A stretch of DNA of 25,307 bases from contig JAKQQL010000015.1 in assembly GCA_029564175.1 (NCBI GenBank), positions 1 through 25,307 on the forward strand, in the 5' to 3' direction. This DNA is from Candidatus Cloacimonadota bacterium. Its GTDB lineage: Bacteria; Cloacimonadota; Cloacimonadia; Cloacimonadales; WRIO01. Shown here one piece after another: positions 17,696 to 25,307 of the stretch. Numbering within the stretch: position 1 is the first letter of the stretch; each line of letters opens with the position of its first letter. The notes under the pieces were generated by a model that was not told the DNA's origin, ran no database searches, and saw only the letters and a list, made by a program, of their open reading frames with translations. The position numbers and the translations under genes are program-made.

Positions 17696-18103
17696 TTAAA
17701 CATTTTCTACTGCATTTGCATGCTTTTTCTGCATAATCTGCATTTGTTGAGCATCTCTGCAGGCTTCTTTATATTTTTCTTCATTCATATTCCATTCTTT
17801 TTTCAAAGTTTCTATAAATCTCAATTCTTTTTCTGTCGGGATGTGATCCTTAAAGGAAAGAAAAACCAGCTCATAAAATATAACTTCCTTAACAATTACA
17901 GAGCTGTCTCTGAACGGTAAAAGGATTTGTTGTAAGCTTTTTTTAGAGGGTTGATAAGAAACCAGATCCAGCATTGTTGCATGCGAAAAAATGCTGATAT
18001 AGTTTTTTTCATGTTCATCAAATTCGCCATCCAAATGGAAGAGATAATAAGCAAGTTCAAGCAATCCTTTTTTTTCATTTTCCCTTAAGACTCTGAGATG
18101 CAT
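17696..18103 (-). CDS. TerB-like (tellurite resistance TerB family) protein
   Basis: 'LAYYLFHLDGEFDEHEK' and a second half 'ELVFLSFKDHIPTEKELRFIETL' match the duplicated DG..xxxE motif of the TerB fold; SD AAGGAG. Confidence 0.75.
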   Translation of the reverse strand: MHLRVLRENEKKGLLELAYYLFHLDGEFDEHEKNYISIFSHATMLDLVSYQPSKKSLQQILLPFRDSSVIVKEVIFYELVFLSFKDHIPTEKELRFIETLKKEWNMNEEKYKEACRDAQQMQIMQKKHANAVENV

Positions 18104-18253
18104 TTCAGCTCCTTTCTTTCTGACAATAACAATATTGATAAATCATGTGATATGAATTGTCAGTAATAGTATATCTTGCTGCATATTGCAGCGCAAACCG
18201 GTACGACTTATATCTGTTTTTCCCCAACACTATATGTAACATTCACGGTTTAA

Positions 18254-18943
18254 TCAAACTTTACCTTTTTTTACTTGATTTTTAAATTTTACCATTTTAA
18301 TATCCATCTTGTAATCATTATCTACAAGGTAGGAGGTGATATCAAAATCTGAATTGGTTTGATATTTGTCTAGAATATGAATGATTTCATCTATTGCTTT
18401 GTTCATTTTATCGATGTTTTTAAAAGGGATATCTTCTTTATAAGGTTCAATTTCCATTAGAAATAAATCAAAAAAGCCTTTTAAACGTGTAAGCGGCTGT
18501 CTTAATTCATGATTGGCAGTAACAACCATTGCTAACACTGAATTTTTACGTTCCAATTCGACGATTTGTTTTTGATATTTTATCAGATTAATTTGTGTAT
18601 TCACTCTAAGCATAACTTCCTGAGGATTGTATGGCTTTACGATATAATCAATACCGCCTGCTTCAAATCCTCTTTTGATATCATGTATCTGATCTAATGC
18701 GGTTATAAATATCACCGGAATATGTTTTGTTTCAGGATCTTTCTTTAAATGACTGGTTGCTTCTACTCCATCCATCACCGGCATAATGATATCCATCAAG
18801 ATTAAATCTGGCTTTTCTCTCTTTGCTACTTCGATTGCTTCAGCGCCATTGCTTGCTTTAAGGATGCTATAGGAGTCCTTTAGGTGATCTTCTAAAATTC
18901 GGACATTTAAATTGACATCATCTACTATTAGTATATTTTCCAT
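18254..18943 (-). CDS. Response regulator: receiver domain plus HisKA-like H-box, with no ATPase domain
   Basis: ILIVDD, D51 (LMDIIMP), ITA, VKP; coiled coil; 'TANHELRQPL' (H145); ends about 85 aa later without N/G1/G2 boxes. Confidence 0.88.
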   Translation of the reverse strand: MENILIVDDVNLNVRILEDHLKDSYSILKASNGAEAIEVAKREKPDLILMDIIMPVMDGVEATSHLKKDPETKHIPVIFITALDQIHDIKRGFEAGGIDYIVKPYNPQEVMLRVNTQINLIKYQKQIVELERKNSVLAMVVTANHELRQPLTRLKGFFDLFLMEIEPYKEDIPFKNIDKMNKAIDEIIHILDKYQTNSDFDITSYLVDNDYKMDIKMVKFKNQVKKGKV

Positions 18944-18993
18944 TCCACTCCTCTCATATACTCAAACGAATGAGTTTCACATCTATGTTGTAT

Positions 18994-19022
18994 ATTATAA
19001 TTTAAATTCATGTATTTGTCAA
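18994..19022 (-). promoter_or_regulatory. Consensus sigma70 promoter for the REC-HisKA gene
   Basis: TTGACA (19022-19017), 17 nt, TATAAT (18999-18994); a perfect consensus match. Confidence 0.8.
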
Positions 19023-19046
19023 AGCTTTTTATAATTTGATTTAAAT

Positions 19047-19862
19047 TTATCTCCATTCGACTTGTAAAGGGTTCCTTTCTGGTATATAAAATGGTTTATA
19101 AACTGGATAACCAAACAACATTGGATAAGCAAGTAATCGATCAGAATTGAGCCCAATAAATTGCTGTAATGGTTTATACTCAGAATACGCCATTTTTATA
19201 AATCCAGCCCAACAAGTTCCTAATCCGTAAGCCGGAGCAAGTAAATCAAAATGAGTAAGTGCAATAATACCATCTGTGATATCTTCAACCCAGGGACTTA
19301 AAGGCACATGCGCAATTAAAAGATGAGGGGCATTATGACTGATAAAATCAATACCGGATTTCCAAAGTTCAACAATATTTCCAACATATTTTGCCATGGG
19401 GTGATCTGTATTTAAAATTGATTCCATCCAATCAATTGTTAAAGCAGATATTCTTTTTACATCTTCTCTGTTTTGGTAGATAAGATATCCTGTGCTTTGA
19501 CTGTTACTGCCACTTGCTGCATAACGTATCGTGTCTAAGATTTTATTCAAACTTTCATTGTTTACTGATTTTTCTTGATAATGTCTTACAGATCGTCTGT
19601 TTTTAAAATACATAGAAACATCATCTGCTTTTATATTAAAATTTAAAGGTACAGGTTCTGGATTAACATTATAATCCATCATTAATGCGCCAGCCTTGCA
19701 GTAGGCTTCGCAGTGCCCACATCTGAGACAATAAATTTGCTTTTCTCTTGGAATCTGAGGCAGTTGATTATCAATCGCTATTTCAATGATACCCATACAG
19801 CAAACGCTTGCACAGACATTACATCTTGTACATTTATCTTCATTAATCTTTATTTTTGCCAT
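19047..19862 (-). CDS. Nitroreductase family protein with an N-terminal 2x[4Fe-4S] ferredoxin domain
   Basis: CTRCNVCASVC and CLRCGHCEAYC; 'RRSVRHY', 'AASGSNSQ', 'GLGTCWAG', 'FGYP'. Confidence 0.92.
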   Translation of the reverse strand: MAKIKINEDKCTRCNVCASVCCMGIIEIAIDNQLPQIPREKQIYCLRCGHCEAYCKAGALMMDYNVNPEPVPLNFNIKADDVSMYFKNRRSVRHYQEKSVNNESLNKILDTIRYAASGSNSQSTGYLIYQNREDVKRISALTIDWMESILNTDHPMAKYVGNIVELWKSGIDFISHNAPHLLIAHVPLSPWVEDITDGIIALTHFDLLAPAYGLGTCWAGFIKMAYSEYKPLQQFIGLNSDRLLAYPMLFGYPVYKPFYIPERNPLQVEWR

Positions 19863-19889
19863 TTTTCCCCCTTGTCTGATAAATCATAT

Positions 19890-20330
19890 TCATTTGTTTA
19901 AAGTATTTACTTTTAATTTTATCATACAAATCACTTCGCTTGCTACTTCTTCTGTATCCACTTTTATCATTAAAAATTTCCCAGCCTTCATGAAAGGTTC
20001 AGCGATTCTGTAATTTTCTTTCATCTGATCGGACAAATCGCTTGATGAAAATATATCATAATCCATTGATTCATTCATAACCAACAATGTAGTAAATCCA
20101 AATTTTTCAGGATATATCGTTGCCAGCGTTTTTCCTTTTTTGAATAATTTTAAATTCCAGCCAGGTTTTCCAGAGCAAGTACTGTATGAAAATTTTTGAA
20201 TGACACGAGGCAAACTGATCACTTGGTCATAAAGCTTTTTCCAGAGTAATTGACCTGATTTTTCAGCAAAACAAATCATATCCTGCATTTCAGGCATTTG
20301 CTGCTTAGTATATAAATCACACCATTCCAT
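19890..20330 (-). CDS. DUF3788-like protein
   Basis: 'YSTCSGKPGWNLKLFKKGKTLATIYPE' and a C-terminal 'GKFLMIKV...IKLK', recalled as the DUF3788 pattern. Confidence 0.75.
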   Translation of the reverse strand: MEWCDLYTKQQMPEMQDMICFAEKSGQLLWKKLYDQVISLPRVIQKFSYSTCSGKPGWNLKLFKKGKTLATIYPEKFGFTTLLVMNESMDYDIFSSSDLSDQMKENYRIAEPFMKAGKFLMIKVDTEEVASEVICMIKLKVNTLNK

Positions 20331-20339
20331 TGCTATTAC

Positions 20340-21590
20340 CTACTTAATCTCTAAATACTGAATTTTCTGAAAACGGCAAAAAAGCTTTAGTTCTTTAGTG
20401 ATATCACCATAAACAATAATCTGATGATTACCACAGGCATTTTCTAACCATGTAGTTAATTTGCCATTGAGTTTTACTTTAGCTTGAGTTCTGCACAAAT
20501 TTGGATTTTTTGTGTTACTTTCTGTAATACTTCCTTTTACAGCCATTAACTGATCAAAATCAGCTCCTAATCTGAAAACAGTTACTTCTCTTTTTTCAGG
20601 AGATCCTTCAATTGCGACACTCAATTTACTTTCCATGTGCGTGTTAAATGTAAATTCAATCGTAGGATCTAAAAAACTCAATGGGGCTGAACAGTGGGCA
20701 AAAGTAATACTATTCTCTTCAAAAGAAACAGATGATGGATTTGCCATCCAACCAGCCCTGCCTGTTAACGAATGTGCCATCATTAAAGCGGTAATCGCAT
20801 GTTTATCTCCTTCACATCCGGCAGGAATCCCTAAGTCATTCAGCAGACTTAAGGCCAGACAAGCTGTATATTTTTCATTTAAAAGATCAAAACAACGTAA
20901 ACTCAAGCCTTCCAGCTGATACTTATCGATCATCTTTTTCAAAGCAATAAATACTTTAAGTGCATTGACTACTTCAGTATGGGAGATACAACCCGGAATC
21001 TTCGATGAAAAGCGTTCACTTAGCATTTGTTCACTTTCTTCGTTTGACACTTTTTTTACGAGTTGAATCAGATCTTTTGTTTCTAATCTAAAGAAATTCA
21101 TATTAAACGGAACATTTTGTGTATTCTGAGAAATTAGCAACCATTCAGAAGGATCTCCAATAAACCCAATATTCGCATTATTCAGATATCTGTATAATTT
21201 TGCAACTCTGATGAAGGAAAGGAATTCCTGGCTCATCTCTTTATTTTCACAATAATGCATCAATAATGGATATTGATTTTTATAAGCACCCATCACCTCA
21301 AGTGCTGCTGCTAGAGAATTCTTTTCAGGATGAGACCACAATAATACGGGTCGTTCAAATCTTTTGATAATAGACTCAGCCAGTTTTTCTGTACCACCGC
21401 TAGCCAGCAGTAAAATAAAAGCCGTGAATAATTTATTATCAGTCAGGCTTTTTATCTGATTAGGATGATTAGCCATGCCAATATAGGTAATCTCTGGCAG
21501 TATATTTAAATCCGTAAAGTATTTCTCTTTCCAATCTGCCATACTTTGTGTATTTTCCAGAGAAGAGTATAAAACAATTAGTCCAATCAT
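20340..21590 (-). CDS. L-fucose isomerase-like (FucI/AraA superfamily) protein
   Basis: 'LRCFDLL...TACLALSLLNDLGIPAGCEGD', 'FAHCSAP', 'CRTQ', 'GNHQIIVYGD'. Confidence 0.8.
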   Translation of the reverse strand: MIGLIVLYSSLENTQSMADWKEKYFTDLNILPEITYIGMANHPNQIKSLTDNKLFTAFILLLASGGTEKLAESIIKRFERPVLLWSHPEKNSLAAALEVMGAYKNQYPLLMHYCENKEMSQEFLSFIRVAKLYRYLNNANIGFIGDPSEWLLISQNTQNVPFNMNFFRLETKDLIQLVKKVSNEESEQMLSERFSSKIPGCISHTEVVNALKVFIALKKMIDKYQLEGLSLRCFDLLNEKYTACLALSLLNDLGIPAGCEGDKHAITALMMAHSLTGRAGWMANPSSVSFEENSITFAHCSAPLSFLDPTIEFTFNTHMESKLSVAIEGSPEKREVTVFRLGADFDQLMAVKGSITESNTKNPNLCRTQAKVKLNGKLTTWLENACGNHQIIVYGDITKELKLFCRFQKIQYLEIK

Positions 21591-21599
21591 AAAGCCTCC

Positions 21600-22442
21600 T
21601 TAGGGATTAACGGTATAAGTTAAAGTAATCATCGCCATCATGGTTTCAAAAATAATTTGATAATCATCTGCCTTAAATTCAAGGGTTCTGCCATCTAATC
21701 TGACTGAATAGGGTATCATTTGGGCTACATCAGCAAAAGAACTTGAGTTAAAAGTTATTTTTAAACTAAATGGTTTTTGAAAATGGTACAAAGGATATTC
21801 AGCCCTGTCTTTCTTAAGCGCATTTTTGACTTTTTCTATCGTATCTATTTTAACTCTTTCAGCAGAATAGTTGAGTGCTGCAAATTTTGAAACAGCTTTT
21901 TTTGTTTCTATAAATTCTATCCAGGGCATTTTATCATTTGCCAGCATTTCCTGTTTCAGACAGGCATCTCCACTGACAAGAACAACAGGCACTTTAAAGC
22001 ATGAAGCATAAGCGGTATTTAAAAAAGCTTCGTTCATTGGGATATCATTTACACTGATACGATGTACTCTGCGGTTTGAATAGGTATGATCCATATTTCC
22101 CTGATAAGCACCTGTCCCTGCATGATAACCTATTAAAAATACACGATCAATCTCTTCAGAAAAACCTGGCATCATGTAGTAAGGACGGGGAGAACCTGAT
22201 AAAATTGAAATTCTGGAATCTTTTTCGGAGAATGACCAGGGGAGATTATCTCCAGAGCTGTGAGAATCTGCGATTATAATATCACTAATCAGATGATTTT
22301 TATCACTTTGTCTGATCCCTTCTACGACATATTCCATTTGTTTCGTGATGGCATAAATCACAGATGACCTGTCTTTTGTTTCTTGTTCCCAGTTGTAGGT
22401 ACCACAGATACCTTCCATATCGAGTGAAATATAAATAATCAT
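21600..22442 (-). CDS. Peptidase M55 (DppA-type D-aminopeptidase)
   Basis: Zn-ligand motifs 'SLDMEG', 'DSH', 'GYHA', 'HTY', 'NE'; also 'SGD'. Confidence 0.92.
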   Translation of the reverse strand: MIIYISLDMEGICGTYNWEQETKDRSSVIYAITKQMEYVVEGIRQSDKNHLISDIIIADSHSSGDNLPWSFSEKDSRISILSGSPRPYYMMPGFSEEIDRVFLIGYHAGTGAYQGNMDHTYSNRRVHRISVNDIPMNEAFLNTAYASCFKVPVVLVSGDACLKQEMLANDKMPWIEFIETKKAVSKFAALNYSAERVKIDTIEKVKNALKKDRAEYPLYHFQKPFSLKITFNSSSFADVAQMIPYSVRLDGRTLEFKADDYQIIFETMMAMITLTYTVNP

Positions 22443-22467
22443 TTAAGCTCCCTCATTATATCAATTT

Positions 22468-24594
22468 TTAAACTTCATTATCAAGTATTTTTCTGACAAG
22501 ATTAGCTAAATCTTCAATATTAAATGGTTTTTGTAAAAAGAATTTATTGTTATCATTAAGATGATACTGCTCAATTATGTTATCTGTATATCCTGACATA
22601 TAGAGACATTTTGTGTCTTTTCTGCTTTTTAAAATCTGATCAGATAATTGTTTTCCATTCATTTCGGGCATAATCACATCTGTAATCAGTAAATGGATTA
22701 GGCCAGACCAGGAATTGGAGATATTTATGGCTTCTTTTGCAGAATTGGCACAAATGACCTCATAGCCGTAAAGACTAAGCATATCTTTTGTCATATTCAG
22801 TAATACCTGCTCATCTTCCACTAAAAGCAGTGTTTCTGTCCCTTTATTCATCAATTGGGTATGACCCGTATCAACATTTGTTTCGTTTGTTTTCATATAG
22901 CGAGGCAGATAGATTTTAAAACTGCTCCCCTTGTTTAGTTCGCTATAAACTTCAATCGCCCCATGATTTTGACGAATGATACCATAAACAGTTGCCAGAC
23001 CAAGCCCCGTTCCTTTCCCAATCTCTTTTGTTGTAAAGAAAGGTTCAAAAATATGTTCCAGAGTTTCCGCACTCATACCACATCCATTATCAGACACAGT
23101 GAGTAGTGCATATTCTCCTGCTTTGAAATCCGGATTAAATTGGGTAAATGTTTCTTCAATTACAATTGTGCTGGTTTCAATAACAATTACACCTTTTTCA
23201 AGAATGGCATCTCTTGCATTAACGCAGAGATTCGCCAAAATCTGATCCAGCTGTGAAGGATCAAAATGTATCAAGATTTCTGATTTACCTGGTAGGAAAG
23301 TGAATTTGATATGCTCACCTAAAAGCCTGGATAGCATTTTCTTCATCCCGTTCACTGCCTGATTTAAATCAAGTACTATCGGATTGAATGCCTGTTTCCG
23401 TGCAAAAGCCAGCAGTTGACGGGTTAGATTGGCTGATTTGACTGCGGCTTTATTGATTTCAGTGATATAATTGTAAGCAGGACTGTTTTTTTCTGTATTT
23501 AGCAAAGCAATATCTGAATAGCCGATTATGACACTCAGCATATTGTTAAAGTCATGAGAAACGCCTCCTGCCAGTCTGCCTATCGATTCCATTTTTTGAG
23601 AATGGCTTAACTGAGCCTGAAGCTTCAATCTTTCTTCTTCTGCCTGTTTTCTTTCTGTAATATCACTTGTCAGAATAACGACTCTCTCAACTTCTCCTTC
23701 ATCATTACAAATGCTTTTATATTGTTGCGTTACAATTCGAGGGTTTTGCTTGTTAATACCTTTACTTCCTGTATTAATTTCAGGACCAAAGTATTCTCCA
23801 CCGGTGGTATAAACTTCCCTTATTTTTCTAATATAGTCTTCATAAGCATTATCCCAACACTTTAAAATCAGATTTTCTTTTGGAGCTAACTCCTCTTCTA
23901 AAGAGTCCTTATCAACTTCCCATATTTTCCGCCAGAGTTCATTATATAACAACAATTGACCTGTATTAGAACGTACAGAAATACCAGTAGCTGTATTTTC
24001 AATGACTGCCCTTGCCAGACTTTCGCTTTGCCTGAGTGCATCGATTGCCATTCTCTTTGCCGTTACATTTTGATACATAAAGATATAAATATCAGGTTGC
24101 TGATTCTTGTCAGGAATAGAGAATGCAATCATTTGAATCCAAATCACTTTATTATCAAATTTAGGGTTTTTATCATGCGCATTGTAAGAAAACTCTGGAA
24201 AATATACTGTATCTCCCCTTTTTACCTGAAAAAGTAAATCATGAAAATGATGTTTCAGTAATCTGTCATCTTCAAATATATTATTCTCTGATTTTGGGGG
24301 TAAAGCAAACAAATCTTCAAATGCCTGATTAAAGTGAACTGTGTAACCATTCTGATTTACTATCTGTATAGCAATTGGATTATTATCTATAAAAGCATCC
24401 TGAAGGAGTTTCGAATTATCAGTATTTTTACTACTCGTCATTAAACTGTCATCACGAGTTGTTTCTTCCTCTTTTAGTGCTTGCTGATCTTGTATCAGTT
24501 GGGTTGCTCTTTTTATTTTAAAGATCGCCATCAACAATAACATTGCCAGAATACAAATGATAAAGATGAGAAAAATCTCAAAACCAATGCCCAT
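22468..24594 (-). CDS. Membrane-anchored hybrid sensor kinase (TM-PAS-PAS-HisKA-HATPase-REC)
   Basis: N-terminal TM '[19 protein letters not shown]'; '[11 protein letters not shown]', 'NLCVNARDA', 'DNGCGM', 'FEPFFTTK', 'GTGLGL'; REC 'LLVEDE...TDVIMP...QKP'. Start placed at ATG 24594 (SD GGAG) rather than the ORF-track TTG at 24627. Confidence 0.93.
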   Translation of the reverse strand: MGIGFEIFLIFIICILAMLLLMAIFKIKRATQLIQDQQALKEEETTRDDSLMTSSKNTDNSKLLQDAFIDNNPIAIQIVNQNGYTVHFNQAFEDLFALPPKSENNIFEDDRLLKHHFHDLLFQVKRGDTVYFPEFSYNAHDKNPKFDNKVIWIQMIAFSIPDKNQQPDIYIFMYQNVTAKRMAIDALRQSESLARAVIENTATGISVRSNTGQLLLYNELWRKIWEVDKDSLEEELAPKENLILKCWDNAYEDYIRKIREVYTTGGEYFGPEINTGSKGINKQNPRIVTQQYKSICNDEGEVERVVILTSDITERKQAEEERLKLQAQLSHSQKMESIGRLAGGVSHDFNNMLSVIIGYSDIALLNTEKNSPAYNYITEINKAAVKSANLTRQLLAFARKQAFNPIVLDLNQAVNGMKKMLSRLLGEHIKFTFLPGKSEILIHFDPSQLDQILANLCVNARDAILEKGVIVIETSTIVIEETFTQFNPDFKAGEYALLTVSDNGCGMSAETLEHIFEPFFTTKEIGKGTGLGLATVYGIIRQNHGAIEVYSELNKGSSFKIYLPRYMKTNETNVDTGHTQLMNKGTETLLLVEDEQVLLNMTKDMLSLYGYEVICANSAKEAINISNSWSGLIHLLITDVIMPEMNGKQLSDQILKSRKDTKCLYMSGYTDNIIEQYHLNDNNKFFLQKPFNIEDLANLVRKILDNEV

Positions 24595-24999
24595 TTTATC
24601 TCCGCTCTCATATTTTCTGTCTTGCAAAATACAGAATCAGATTTGATACACTCTCTTAGTTGCCATATTAGTAGGATTCCATTTTTTTTGCAATATATTT
24701 TTTGCTTTTTCTGTAATGAATTACATATCTTCTCATTACACTAGAAGTTACCTCCTCTGCTAAAACTTGTGTTTTTTATCATTATCCAGTAATGAGTTTA
24801 TACTCATGAGATGTTACAATCATATTTCTCTTTCTGTTTTATATCATTTCTGAATCTATCTTGGTTTATTGAGCAGTTTATGAAAATGATGACAGTTAAG
24901 TACTAACTCAAAACAATTATTGTTTTTATCGATGAAACAGGACTGATTCCTTTTTTTTGTTTGACAGAATAATATTATTAAGAAAATTAGCAATAAAGA

Positions 25000-25074
<75 letters not shown>

Positions 25075-25307
25075 TTTTAAATATTGCGATCTTCTAAATT
25101 GCAAAGGTGCTGCTAACAACCCCCTATATATGAGTCGGCTACAAAAACCCCCTATTTTACTAAGCCATTGACTGATATTAGTCAATTTATGCCTTACTTA
25201 ACAAATTATCTGTCCAAAAATAGTATCGGGTTTTCATTTTTTGGATTATATATTTTTGGTTTTTAAGAAGCTTAAAAAGAGTAAGAATAAACAAAAACAA
25301 TAAAGTT

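Noticed and set aside
180..24237. Short ORFs overlapping real genes (e.g. 180..389, 3639..3962, 6404..6706, 8621..8938, 14960..15481, 20635..20919, 23956..24237)
   Set aside because: Antisense or alternate-frame shadows within well-supported CDSs, with no recognisable motifs.
25105..25152. GC-richer stretch after the tRNA as a possible IS terminal repeat
   Set aside because: No partner repeat or transposase in the window, so it cannot be supported.

Overview
AT-rich bacterial chromosomal segment. Two genes end in an FlgD-Ig/T9SS-type 'NYPNPFNPxT...GQKV...SGIY...KMxLMK' tail, a style I associate with Cloacimonadota/FCB genomes; the lineage call is an inference. All 18 credible protein genes (one partial at the left edge) lie on the minus strand. 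They comprise three secreted or surface proteins, a lipoprotein, an iron-sulfur flavoprotein, a hypothetical protein, a phosphohexomutase, a cheA + two-receiver operon, a divergent phosphoglycerate kinase, a TerB-like protein, a REC-HisKA-only regulator, and a tight five-gene run (hybrid kinase, M55 peptidase, fucose-isomerase-like, DUF3788-like, Fe-S nitroreductase). A tRNA-Thr(CGT) lies on the plus strand. I saw no CRISPR array, transposase or integrase. The most interesting observations are: (1) a CheA with an intact kinase core whose two N-terminal Hpt-like segments both appear to carry Asp at the phospho-His position, in an operon with no cheW/cheR/MCP; (2) a (TA)9 microsatellite inside a small leader ORF upstream of the 1605-aa gene, where all three repeat-length frames stop on the same ACT-TAG; (3) a PGK lacking several normally conserved residues; (4) an unexplained, hairpin-rich ~460-bp segment at 5.4-5.85 kb.
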